DNA of 64,000 nt, from assembly GCA_026936335.1 (NCBI GenBank), contig JAPMXV010000043.1, positions 372,001-436,000 of the forward strand, read 5' to 3'. Shown piece after piece: positions 37,186-49,400 of the stretch; positions within the stretch are counted from its first letter, which is position 1; every line of letters starts with the position of its first letter. This DNA comes from Mantamonas sphyraenae STR306 (lineage: Eukaryota > Protista > CRuMs). The notes under the pieces are model-generated. The model searched no databases and was not told where the DNA came from. It was given only the letters and a program-made list of their open reading frames with translations. The translations under genes were made by a program, and so were the position numbers.

Positions 37186-40100
37186 TCAGCCTTTGAGACG
37201 TCGCGCCAGCACAATGGCCAGGTACTTGAAAAAGTTGCCTGCCAGTTCTGCGCGCACGCCCAGCATGTTCATCACGTACTCAAACTCCACCAGCTCAACG
37301 TCTGTCTGGTCGGCTGCACTCACAATGCTCGCGGACGCAGGCCCTGCGTCCAGGAAACTCATTTCGCCAAACCACTCGCCTTCCTCCAGCTTGCGCACAC
37401 GCACCACGTGGCCCTTGTTCATGCGCTGCACCCACACTTCGCCCTTGGCCACACGCAGCAGTGCGCGCGTACGCTGCCCTTCTTTCAGGATCAACTCACT
37501 GTGCTTGAATCTCATCCGTTGGGCTCCTCCAAAGATGATGTCCATGTCCGACTCGTCCAGCACCTCTGTGAGCGGATCCTTTGGTGGCCCTTCGTCCTGT
37601 GCCGCTTCCTCCTCCTGCGACGACGACGACGACGATGATGACGATGACGACCCTGCTTCATCCTTGCCCACCGTCCCTTCATCCTTCTTGTACAAGCGGC
37701 GCAGGTTGATCGATCGCCTCTTGATGCCCACCTCCGACCGCGCCACTACCCACAGATCATAGATCAGCTTCAGAAAGTTGGCGTTGTCAAACTTGAGTGT
37801 GTGTTCCACCCGACCGTGGTACCACACCAACAAGTCATTTTCGTTTTGCACCATCGCCGTCACATTCTTCAACGGCAGCACAACGCCTGCCTTTCCCCTC
37901 GCCGCAAAGTTGACGTAGTTGTGAGTGACGTACACAAACCCAGTCATCGTCTGCTGCGTCAACCCATTCTCCAGATTGCATCCCAACTCTGTGTGTGTGT
38001 GTGTGTGTGTGTGAGCGTCACATCATGCCCAATCCCACGCGCGTTTCCCCCGCAATCAAACTCACTCTCAATCACATGGTCTTTCAGACGAAACACTTTT
38101 GTAAACTCGTCGTCAATGGTCTCTTGCAGCCGTTGCTTGTCCTGATTTCCCGCCTTGCTCTTCTTGGGCTTCGAGCTGCGCAGGCGCGAGACAAGAATCA
38201 TGCAGATGTACCGGTACAGCTTGGCACTCAGCGTGGGGTCGCTGCGGATCAGGATCTCCACACTCTTGTCGTCGATGACATACACCTGGACCACGTGGTC
38301 CTCAGCCACAATCGACGCCGACGCCACGCCACCCTCCAGGAAACTCATTTCGCCAAACACATTGCCCGGTCCCATCACGCGGAAGATCATTCGCTTGTTG
38401 CCCTGACCCTTTTCCACACGCACAAAACCGCGTGCCACCTGACAGATGGACGAGCAGCGCTTGTTCTCTTGCAGCACAAACTCGCTCTTGCGGTACGAAA
38501 CGATGCGCGTGCCCTCCAACAGCTTGTTCCAGTCATCCTCCGACAGGCTTGCGTGCGATCTCCCACGCCCCATGCTCACGCTGTTCAGCCTGTTGCGCCT
38601 CCTGTTTCCTTGCACCGCCGTGGATGCCGTCCAGCTGTACATGATGGCCTGGTGCAGGTTCAACGGGCACTGGTTGAACGTCAACTTCTTCTCACCGTCC
38701 GACGAACGGATCACAACCTCCACCCCACTCGCCGAGGATTGCTTGACCGCACGCACCTGCGAAAACGGAATGATGTCGTAGCGTTGGAACCCAAACAGCG
38801 TTGCTGCAAAGCACAGGAACCCGTTGGTGATCACCAGCCTTCCGTACAACGGCAGTCTATGCACCAGTGCACACGACGTCTCGTACAGAATGCTCTGGCC
38901 ATCGTCCAATTGGAACTCGCGCCGAAACTCTTGGAAGCGCTTTGTGTTGCGCGGGTAGAACACGTGCAGCGTGCGGCTGTTCTTGATTTGCTCCATCAGC
39001 TCGATGGCCTTGCGACTGCGAAAGAACCTCGCTGCGCCTTCCTCATCCATCGTGTTGTACAGCTCTCGCGCCGCGTCGTTGAACATGTACACCGGTGGTT
39101 CGCTCGCTTCGACCACGTGCTCGATGCGTCGCCTGTGTGACTGCGCAATCGGCACCTCCATCTCGCTCATCTCACGCACATACCGGTCCACAATCTGACC
39201 TGCTCGGTACTTGCGCGCCTCCACGCCTTTGTACAGCTGCTTGAACGATTCCACTTCCAACCAGAACAGCATGTTTTCCGGGCACTTTTCCGTTTGCATC
39301 TGGTCATGCAGGCGCAGAAACAGAAACAGTTTGGCCACCACCGACTTTACCTGGCCCACCAGCGCGTAGAAAGCCTCTTCGTTCGTTTTCACATTGTTCT
39401 CTGTGTTGAGCACGCTTTGCAGCAGCTTGGTCGACTGCGGCTGTCCGGTTGTCACCAGCAGCGTGCTCATCTGCAGGGCCAGACCAGACTTCCAACCGGC
39501 CACCACACACTCGCTGGGATGACAAAACATCTCGCGCTGCAGCAGGTTGTGGTACATGCCCTCGCTGGCTTCCAGCAGCGAGTCCAGCGTGCGTTCAGCC
39601 TCGCCCAGCTCGTCACTTTGCACAAACTCCAGGTATGCGTCCTTCATGTTGTTCAGCAACTTGGACAGGAGGTTTTCAAAGTATGAAAAGTCGCCCCGGA
39701 TCACACTGGCCTCCAGATCCACCCACTCGGGCAGCTTCACTGGCAGCTGCGAATTGATGTGCACGTACTTGGAGTACACCTCATCCACCAGCTCCAGCGC
39801 AATCATTTGGTCTTCGTCCGTGTACTTGGTGGTGTCAAACGTGGCCGTGGCCAACAGGTGGTACACGTCCAGCGCAACGCCTACCAGCGGGATTTGGAAC
39901 GCGCTGTTGGCGCTCAGGAATTGCACCCACTTGAGAAAGTGTACCAGCTTGCGGATGGTCAGCATGACGGACAGAACCACGTCTTCCATGCGTAGCAGCG
40001 GCCTATCCTTGGCGTTCAGCGCGCCGTCGTCTCGCTGGCCTCGAAAGTCTGTGAAGCCCAGCTGCAGGATTTCAGAGGAACGTACAATGGAATCACTCCA

Positions 40101-41099
40101 CTTGAGCGATTCCATCTCGTTGGGAGCAGCGATTTCCCACGATTCCGGCGTTTCCAGCTCCTCGTCGTAGATGCGCTTGACCACCTCAAACACGTGCTGC
40201 TGTTGGCCCGTGTGGTCCTCCTTGCTGTGCAACACCCGTTCGATTTCGTTCAAATGCCAGCATCCAATGGGTGCCTCCGACTTGGAGTCGTTGAAAAACA
40301 TCAGGAACTGCTTGGTGAGCACAAAGTAGCGCGTTTGCCACACGTCGTGGCTCTCGCCACCCAGCTTGCGAAGGTACCCCTCCTTGACACGCCGTGACAC
40401 CAACGCCTGCTGGATCTTCTTTTGCTCCTCGTCGTCTTCGTCCTCCTCTTCCTCGTCGTCGCTGTCGGTTTGCGTCAGCAACGAGGCCCCCGAAGTCGTT
40501 GTCTTTTGTGACACCATGGTCAGTTCCTCTGTGTACTGCTCCGCATACTCCATCATGGCCATCTGCAGGGCGATTTCACGGTCGACCTCACGCTGGCGGT
40601 CCTTGGAGGGCAGCGTTGAGGTGTTGGACAAGCTGTTTGGCAGGTCTGGGCTCTGCACTCGCACCGTACGCGTGGTGTTGGTCGTGTATGTAGTGTAAGT
40701 GGTGTACTGCGACTCGCCACTGTGAGTGGAGGCCACCGAGGACACCACCGACTCGGTTTCGCCCGTAACGGATTTGCCTCGCCGCCGACGCCGTTCCCTT
40801 CTCGTGCGCTTGCTCTTCCGGCTGCGCTTGCTCGACACACTCTGTCCACTTCGTGACTCGTTGTCGCTGCTCCGCCTGCTCATTGTTGTCGTCGTCGTCT
40901 GTACACTGCCGCGACGCGACTCGTTCGCCGACGAAAAGCCCGACTCGCTTCCGCTTTCGCCTCCTCCACCTCGCTTCTTCTTGCCCTTTCGACCCTTTTT
41001 GCTCTTTTTCGGCGTGTGCATCACATCCTCCGGCACCAGCAGCGTTGCCGACGACTGCCGTTCCGTGGAGAACTGCTGCACCCGATCCACCCCGCTCAT
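37186..41099 (-). CDS. Multidomain signalling protein: PH + 2 RGS-like + (GRAM + cNMP-binding) x2; 2 exons
   Basis: KEGYLRKLG..WQTRYFVL (PH), ENMLFWLEVESFK..IVDRYV (RGS), SCALVHRLPLYGRLVITNGFLCF and GFVYVTHNYVNF (GRAM), and FGEMSFL twice (cNMP). One intron ~37990-38064. Confidence 0.85.
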
Positions 41100-41316
41100 G
41101 GCCGTTGCGCTGCTCGTTTTTGGCGGCGCTCGGGCATCGATTGCCACCCGCACCATGCATGCCCACACCATGCACATGCATTGGGAGGAAAGGGGGAAGG
41201 CGATAGATGGTCAGCGAGGGCGTGGGTGAGAGTGCAGTGCTCCATTGGCGCCCAGCTGCCCAAAACAACACACCCACTTGCCTCTCCTCGCCTCTCCCCG
41301 GCCCGTGTGCACAGCC

Positions 41317-41835
41317 ATGAGCTGGAGGAGACCACTGTTGACGGCCGTCAATGTGGGCGCCATCACTTGGTGGATCCAAGAGTACGTGGTGGAGATATCT
41401 CTGACGCGGGGGCCGTCCATGGAGCCGACCATCAATCGGGACGGCGCTGTGGTGGTGATCAACAAAGTGGCAGGTCACAAGGGCGTGTGCAGACGCGGCG
41501 ACGTCGTTGTTGCACGTGCGCCACACAATCCACACCACAACATCTGCAAACGCATTGTGGCCAAACCAGGCGACCTCGTCCACTTTGTGGACACGGACCA
41601 GGATGAAAAGAGCATCCTGCGCATCAAGTCTGGCTCCGTCTTTCTCCTGGGCGACAATTACAACGAAAGCCTGGACTCGCGCCACTACGGCCCCGTGCCC
41701 ATTGCCCTCTTGCGCGGTGTCGTTGTCTGGCAGCTCTGGCCCCACTTTGGGCCCGTTGCAGGCAGCGAGGGTGTCGACCAGCGCCGCTCACGCGTTCAAA
41801 TCGACGAGTCTCGCCTCGATCCAGAATCCAACTGA
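41317..41835 (+). CDS. IMMP1L: Mitochondrial inner membrane peptidase subunit 1-like (S26)
   Basis: GPSMEPT, RGDVVV, ICKRIVA, FLLGDNYNESLDSRHYGPVP. A short upstream exon is possible. Confidence 0.88.
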   Translation: MSWRRPLLTAVNVGAITWWIQEYVVEISLTRGPSMEPTINRDGAVVVINKVAGHKGVCRRGDVVVARAPHNPHHNICKRIVAKPGDLVHFVDTDQDEKSILRIKSGSVFLLGDNYNESLDSRHYGPVPIALLRGVVVWQLWPHFGPVAGSEGVDQRRSRVQIDESRLDPESN

Positions 41836-41932
41836 CCGCCTTTCATGCATGGCAATGGCAATGCCCAAGGGGGGCAATCTGCCTGTGTGTGTGTGTGTGT
41901 GTGTGTGGCATTTGAGCAGTTTGTTGGAAAGA

Positions 41933-44137
41933 TCAGTTTCCGTTTTCCTGCTCTTCCTCACCCTCCTCCTCATCGTTCTCGCCCTCCTCGCCCTCTTCAT
42001 CCTCCTCATACTCCTCATCCTCTGCATCTTCGATGTCTTCCCTACTGACGGTGGCGAGTGCAGCCTCGGCCACCTCCGTCAGAAATTCCTCGTCCTCGAG
42101 GGTGCCCGCCTGCGCCTGTTCAAACTGAGCTGGGTCATCGCCCTCCACGAGCGGCTGGCGCACAGTCTTCCAGGCAATCATACGCTCGGGATCCTGTTTG
42201 GCCACCTGCATGTACGTGTACATGCCCAGGTTGCCGCGTGCCACCCCCAAGTAGATGCGTGTGTTGTCCAGCGCCTCCACCGCATTGCGTCCAAACACAA
42301 TGGCTCCTGGTCGCGTGTACTTTTCCCGAAAGATGGACGGGGGCCGTTCCATCCAGCTGATGTCGGCCATGTCCTTCTCCGTCGCCACGAGTTCCCGAGC
42401 GAGCATGTACGCGCGTTCAAAGAAGCGTGCGGCCTCGCTAAACTTGTCCTGCAGGTTGTGGATGAGGCCCAACATGCAGCATGCCTCGGCTTCGCAGTCC
42501 TGTCGCTCCATACGCTGCGCCAGCGTCAGATACGTTTCCAGGTACCGCTTCGACGTTGCCAACTCGTCCTGGTTCTGATACACAAAGGCCAGCGAGGCAC
42601 ACGCTTGACCTTTGCCCACGTTGTCGTCCGTTTCCCCACACAGGGTGTAGTAGCGCTTGTAAAAGTTGACCGCCTGCTGCAGGTCCTCCATGTGTTCGTA
42701 CGCCAGGCCCAGCCTGTAGTTGGCGTTCGCTTCGTTCTCCTTGTCGTCCGTGTACTGTGCCACCTCCAAACTCTTCTTGTGAAACTCCACTGCCGTGGCG
42801 TAATCCCCTTCCGACTCACACTGGTCCGCATACGTCAGGTACGCGTTGATCAGCCTGCCCTCCGCCGTTTCCGCCTCCGCCTGCGTCACCACGGGGTTCC
42901 CATCTGCATCAAACTGCAGTTGACTGTCCACGCCTCCGTCGCTCGTCGTCGTCCCCTCCTTCCTCTCCGTCCTCCCCGTCTTCCTGCCGCTTGCGTGCCT
43001 TGCGCAGCTGTTCGTCTGCCTCCTTCAAACTGGTCGCCGTCAACAGCGTCGTCTTGCTTGCCTTTTCCTTGCGTCCCAACTCCACACACCGTTCCAGAAA
43101 CTGAATGGCCGTCAGCGTGTGGTTCAGCTCCTCGTACGTCTTGCCCAGGTTGCCGTTTGCTTGGATCTCCTTGTCGATGTCGTACGTCTCCTGTGCAATC
43201 TCCAACGTCCGCTGGTGGAATCCAATGCTGGTTTGAAAGTCATTCTCCCGCTGAAAGTACTCCGCAAGATCCTTGTAGCCGTCAAACACACGGTCGGCGT
43301 CGGCTGTGAGGTGGACGATGCGCTGTGTGTGTCAGTGGTTTTCGCCGCTGCTGGGTTGCGTTTCTTCCCCTGCGCTCTCTCCGTCCTTGGCATGCGAGGG
43401 ACTGCGTGTGCGTGTGCTCAGGGCACGAGTGTATGCACACGTGCCATATGCGTGTGTGTGCATGCGTGTGTGGAGCCCTTACCATCGCGTTTGGCCGATT
43501 CGGTGAGCTTGAGTTTGTCCTCGAGGAAGCGCAGCTTTGCAACGGTCTCTTTGTCTTCAAAGCCGTCTGCGTCCTTGTGTGGGTCGACATACCGAGTGGG
43601 GTAGATCTTGGCACGGCGCATCTCGTTGGGATTGAGGGAGGTCTGTGCCACCTCGGGTTCGTGCGTCAGGTAGAAGAAATCGATGAAGGAGTCGACAAAG
43701 CCCTCGGTGATGATGTCCAAGCAGATCTGCTTCTTCTTGCTCTGGCTGTGCTGGCTCTCGGCCACACTCTCACTGCTGGTCATGCCCATGCCCATGCCGC
43801 CAACGTTGGCCCCAACACTGGCTCCCAGCCCAGCGCGTCCTGTGCCGCCTGCCCCGTAGCCGCTGCTGCGAACCGACTTGTTCTTGCTGCTCACCACCGA
43901 CCGTGAGCCCTTGCCCACGCCCCGCTTGCCACCTCGTCGTTTGCCTTTGCCCGTGCCTCCTCCCACGGCCCTTTTGCGCGGTGATTGAGTGCCCTGCATG
44001 CCTCCTGCCTCGCTGGGAGGTGTTGCACCCGCTCCCGACGCGCCCTGCACCGTCAGCAAGCCTCCGCCTCCACTGCCACTCAGTCCCAGCCCCGTGCCAG
44101 GCATCCCTTTGCCCGTCTTGCGCTGCTTCCCGCTCAT
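41933..44137 (-). CDS. TTC29: TTC29-like TPR protein (axonemal); 2 exons, one frame break at ~42941
   Basis: QICLDIITEGFVDSFIDFFYLTH, TPR repeats (EANANYRLGLAY, EACCMLGLIHN), RIYLGVARG, MIAWK. Intron ~43305-43482. Confidence 0.85.
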
Positions 44138-44207
44138 GCTGTCGCCGTGGAGAATTGTGTTGTGTGTGCTTGCGCAAACTGAACGCGAAGGGACCCAGCG
44201 AAAAACG

Positions 44208-44792
44208 ATGTCTGGCAAGTACGAACGGTTGCAAACCATCGAACCGGAACAGGACGGTGGCGGCGACGAGACGATGGTTGACACAGATGTGGTGAAGCAT
44301 CCGCTGGCAGGCGCATCACCGTCTGTGCAAGCGTCGGAAAACAGCGTGAGCCAACGGCCCAGCTCGGCCAACTCCAACGCCTCGGGAGGCGGTGACCACC
44401 CACTGTCCCTGCAGAACGCACGCCGCGCCGCACGCCATTACAACTACGGCGCAGAGAGCGACGAAGAGGAGGAGATGCACGCACGCGAGAGTGTCGAGGT
44501 GCGCAGGGAGCGACGTCGACGCATCGAGGAGTACCAGCGCAACTCCCTCTTTGAAGCCAAGCGTTCGGCCATCTATTTGGCCGTTGGCCTGTTTCTGGTC
44601 GGTGGCATCCTTCTGACCATTGGTCTACTCATGGGCACAGGCCACATTCCCTCCGGGTACACCAACCACGGCCTCCAGCTCGTCATCCTCGGCGGCCTCA
44701 TGTTCCTTCCTGGTTCCTACTATACATACGTTGTCTATGCCACCTGGCGTGGTTACCGTGGCTACTCTTATTCGCTCATTCCAGACTATTGA
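44208..44792 (+). CDS. TMEM230/TMEM134-like two-TM membrane protein
   Basis: AIYLAVGLFLVGGILL..LVILGGLMFLPGSYY..WRGYRGYSYSLIPDY C-terminal signature. Confidence 0.85.
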   Translation: MSGKYERLQTIEPEQDGGGDETMVDTDVVKHPLAGASPSVQASENSVSQRPSSANSNASGGGDHPLSLQNARRAARHYNYGAESDEEEEMHARESVEVRRERRRRIEEYQRNSLFEAKRSAIYLAVGLFLVGGILLTIGLLMGTGHIPSGYTNHGLQLVILGGLMFLPGSYYTYVVYATWRGYRGYSYSLIPDY

Positions 44793-44891
44793 GCGTGTGG
44801 GTGGGTGGCAAAACGAACGAATGAGCTCTCCTTGGTTTTCCATTTCACTGTCATCCCACTGTTCTCCTCCAGCGCAACCATCCATCCATGA

Positions 44892-45483
44892 TCACTCGGA
44901 AGCGCTGGCGTTGGCGTCCTGCACCACAATCAGCATGTACGACTTGAGCTCGCCGGACACCTCGTCGACCGTGCCAAAGTACGGCGCAATCATGATCTCG
45001 TGCTTCTTTGTGCGCACGCGCAGAAAAGTGAGGTCGTTCTTGCTCTGTTGTTCGCATGTATGTGTGTGTGTGTGTGCGTGTGTGAGTGCACAGTGTCCGA
45101 GGTGGTGATTCCCCACGCTGTGGCAATTCCCTCTGCTTGCTGCTCGCCCCGTGCTGCTTCGTGCCAACTTACGTTGTCCTCCAGCTCCTGCACCACCTTG
45201 CGTGTCTTTTGTGTCAGCGAGCTGATGAGTGTGGCATACTGTACAGTGACTGCGTTGTCGTCGTAGCTGGAGCGGATGGCCACCCCCTTGCCGTTGACGA
45301 TCAGGCAGCCCAGCACGCCCTTCTGGCTGAGGATGCGCTTGAATGTTTCGTCCACGTCGCTCTGTATGATCCATATCCGAACGTGTCAGCCCACTGTTTC
45401 CACCCCCTTTGCCTCCTACGCCCTTCTGCGCCTGCCCACGAGAAAGCCGTTGCGCGCGAAACCCCTTTTGCCCGGCGCACCAT
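44892..45483 (-). CDS. Dynein light chain roadblock/LC7 paralogue A; 3 exons
   Basis: M|SDVDETFKRILSQKGVLG..|SKNDLTFLRVRTKKHEIMIAP..MLIVVQ. The first exon is ATG only. Confidence 0.9.
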
Positions 45484-45661
45484 GTCTATGGACATCCCAT
45501 TGCCTCGTCACACGCTGTCCGCGCTCGCCTGTGACTTGGGTGTACGACTGGGTGTGGTGCTGAGGCTGTGTGTGTGTGCATGCATCCGCGACGTACCATT
45601 CTCTCTCGGCAGTTCCCTTGCCTGCGCCGGCGAGCACAGAAAAACACACCCCACGCACGGC

Positions 45662-46365
45662 ATGTCAGAGGTTGAGGACACGCTGTCGCGTATCCAGCAG
45701 CACCAAGGCGTCATTGGCCATGTGATTGTCAACGACGAAGGTGTGTACCATGCCATGGCCATTCCCAGCCTCCGGTTTCCATACGTCGACCCCTCTCTTT
45801 CCCGCTCGTTGACTTTTTCCACCGCGTTTGGTCGCTTCTGCTGACACCCATTTATCTCGCTGCCACACCGTTGTGCCATCGTATACCGTCCTGTTGTGTT
45901 TCAGGCACGGTTCGTCGTGACTATGGTCTCGAGGACCCGCAGCGCTACGCCGAAAACATTTCTGCGCTCACGTCGCGAGCGCGCTCGGTCGTCCGTGAGC
46001 TTGATCCGCAGGTGAGTTTTCCATGAAACGCAGTCGCACGTGTGCACCCCTGCACGCATATGCGTATGCGTGCGTGTCTGTGTTGTGTGCTCTTTCCTGT
46101 GTGCCGTGTGCGTTGATGCTGTCGCTCAGCCAACGGTTGGCCGTTTCGCGTTTGCCACCCTGCGTTTGGGCACACACACACACACACACACGCCGCGCCA
46201 TACACGCTGGCTCACACGACACCGTGCACCTGTACCACATGTCCCATCACACAGAACGACCTCACCTTTATGCGCATCCGCACCACCGACTACGAGATTA
46301 TGGTGGCACCCGACAAGGAGTTTCTGTTCATTGTTCTCCAAAAGACCGACCTTGACGGCGAGTAG
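45662..46365 (+). CDS. Dynein light chain roadblock/LC7 paralogue B; 3 exons
   Basis: [30 protein letters not shown]|[26 protein letters not shown]. Confidence 0.92.
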
Positions 46366-46457
46366 GGGCGCCGCCAAACCACCGCAATGTATTCATTCAT
46401 CATCGCGCACGCCCCTTGCTCCCACACAGCCACGTTTTTCTGTCCAGTCCACCAGCC

Positions 46458-49400
46458 ATGTCCGATACCAACGAAGAGACTGAGATTACGGTGGGAACGG
46501 AAGAAGAGGTGGAGGTGCAAGCAGGCGCATCTTCCTCGTCGTCGTCGTCTTCCTCGTCGTCGTCGTCGTCGTCGTCGTCGACGACGACGAGGCACCCCCC
46601 GCGCCGCCTGCGGACGAGGAGGAGCAGGAGGAGCAGGAGGAGCAGGAGGAGGTCGATGACGTCTATCGCAAGGCCAAAAAGGTGTACGATTTTCAGGCGT
46701 TTAGCACGCCTGTGGAACACAAGCCTTCCAAGGACAAATATCTGCAGGATGTGGCAGGCCGCGAGATTCCTCGGGACTGCTTCGGTACGTGTGTGTGGCC
46801 CGTGTGTGCACATGCATCTGCATGCACCCAGTTGTACGAGTGCATGTCGTCCATGCACAATCTGTAGTCACACTATCGTGGCGCGATGCATCTGTGTGTC
46901 CGTGGAATCTCCGTCCCAGTGCTGACACCCCACACTTTCCGAGCAGAGCAAAATGCAGCGCCCGTCGCACAGCGCACCGTCGCCCATGTTGTCAGCCATG
47001 CCGGCGAAGACGGCTACCACGGAGCCGATGGACAGTGTACGTTAACCCCACGTGGCTTTTTCGGCAATGCACCACGTGCGCACAGGCCCCACACACGTGG
47101 CCTCGCCCTCTCGACAAGTCCCCCACGTGAAAACCTTTGCGTGAATTCGCAGCCTCGTCTCCCGCCCGGCACACGCACACCCACCCACCCACCCACCCAC
47201 ACGTACTGACACCACACCCACTTCTTTCGCTTCCTTTCTTCGACACAGCCGGCCCCGACGGCCAGGACGGCCATTCGGGCTCGAACGGATCGGGCTACGC
47301 CGCACGCGGCGGCCCAGGCGGCAACGGCAGCAAGGGAGGCAATGGCACAAATGGTTCTGCTGGGTCCAGTGGCACCAGCGCCAAGCCACTCAACGTGACT
47401 GTGGTGGGTGGCGATGCAGACCGCCTGATGCTGGAGGGAGACGTGAAGAACGATCTCAATCTGAGTGCAAACAGCGTCGTGCTTCTCAGCACACGCGGTG
47501 GCGACGGAGGACGCGGCGGCAGTGGAGGCAGCGGTGGACGCGGAGGCAGTGGTGGACGCGGAGGCAGTGGTGGACCGGGACAGCCGGGACAAGACGCACA
47601 CAGCCCCGGCAATAGCGGAAGCAGCGGAGGACGAGGTGGCGACGGAGGGGCAGGAGGAAAGGGTGGAGATGGAGGCAACGGAGGCAACGGAGCACATGGA
47701 GGCAACGGAGGCGACGGCGCACCCCTGCGTGTCACCTTTGAGGATCCCAAGTTTATGCACCTGCTTTCCTTTGACACTCGCCAGGGCTACGGCGGCCAGG
47801 GAGGCAGCGCAGGCTCCTCCGGATCGGGTGGTTCCGGTGGCCAGGGTGGTTCTGGAGGCCAGGGAGGCCCCGGAGGTCGCGGCGGACCCGAAAAGTACGA
47901 CGGCAACGGCAACCGACTCTACTCAGCCGGCAGCAATGGCATGACCGGTTCCACGGGCTCTTCCGGCTCCAGTGGCTCCTCGGGTTGGTCGGGACAGTCG
48001 GGCCAGTCGGGTCATCGGGCAGCAACGGACGCCCGGGCTCGCTGACCATTGTGGTCAAGGACAAGTCGGGCAAGGAGGTGAAGGGCACCAAGCCGTTTGA
48101 CGTCCAGCTTGCCAGTTACGACATGTACAATGACGAGCGCAACCCCGTGTTTGAGCCGGGCCAGAAGGTCTACCTCACAAACTGGACGGTGATCAACCAC
48201 GGCGACTTTGCCGCGCCGGCCGGCTGCCAGCTGTATGTGTCGCCCACAGACAGTCTCACCTTTGAGAGCAGCAGCTTCCTTCTGCCCGAAATTGGCTCCG
48301 GCGAATCCGTGACCATTGAGGATGTGCTGGAAGCCACGGTGCCCGCGGTGGCCGAACCCACCGCCAAGGGTGCTCTGTACAAGGACGCCGCGTTCACGGC
48401 CACGGTGGATCTGCTGCAACGTCCGTTCCACGACGGTTCCATGACCACCAACTTCAAGGTGCAGTGGCCCCTCAAAATCACCGAGCTGTACTACCCGCCT
48501 CAGCTGAGTCAGGGGGAGGCCTCGGTGATGAGTGTCAAGGTGCACAACATTGCCAACAACTGGTACGGCGCAGGCGACGCGTACAGTGGCGACGTGCAGG
48601 TGCGCTTCATCCTGGACCGACGCCTTGTGCCCGATGTCAAGCATGAGCAGGACACCGACGACGGAGCCATCCAGGTGGCTCTGCAGGAGGACAACGCCGC
48701 ACACGTCACCGTGCCCGTGGGTGCCATTGCGCCGGGCACCAGCACCGTCGTCCAGCTGCCCTTCCACATCGCCGACGCCGCCGAGTTTTTCGAGTCGCTC
48801 GAGTGGCACGCCGAGGTGGTGCTGCGCGGCACCAAGATTGAGATGCTGCCGGGTGCCGTGCGTGTGGCTGCCTCCTATTCGGGCAAGAACACAGGCGATG
48901 CCCTGCTTATCACGGGGCCCAACATGAACCGCCGCGAGTTTCTGGCCTGGCAGCGCATCTTCACCAGCGTCGGCCTGCGCGTGGACTTTTGGGACCTGCA
49001 GCGGTACAACGGCATCAGCATGGACGCCACCACGGGTGCGGTGCACGACAACACCTGGATCGGCAAGTATCCAGGCGGTGTGATTATCTTTCCCGTGACG
49101 CATGCGTCGGATATCACCCTGCTGGATGGCTTTGACATCCTGCGCCACTTTATCCCGTTCCTGACCAAGGTGGAGTCCGAGGGCCCGTCGGTCAACTCGA
49201 GCAAGGTGGAAGATGGCAACACGCAGGTGGCGTCGACCCTGTTTACCATGAACGAGAGTGGCGCCATCCTCATGGGCACCAACCCGACGGCCGTTCGCGA
49301 GAAGCTGTTTGCCTCGTCGCCCGACTCGGTCAAACTGGAAGGCGACCAGTTTGGCGGCAAACACTTCTTTTCGGACCCGGAGGAGCAGGATGCCGTGGAC

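Noticed and set aside
45355-45374. Apparent frameshift at the start of roadblock paralogue A
   Set aside because: It is explained by an ATG-only first exon at 45481-45483 and an intron ending ATACAG.
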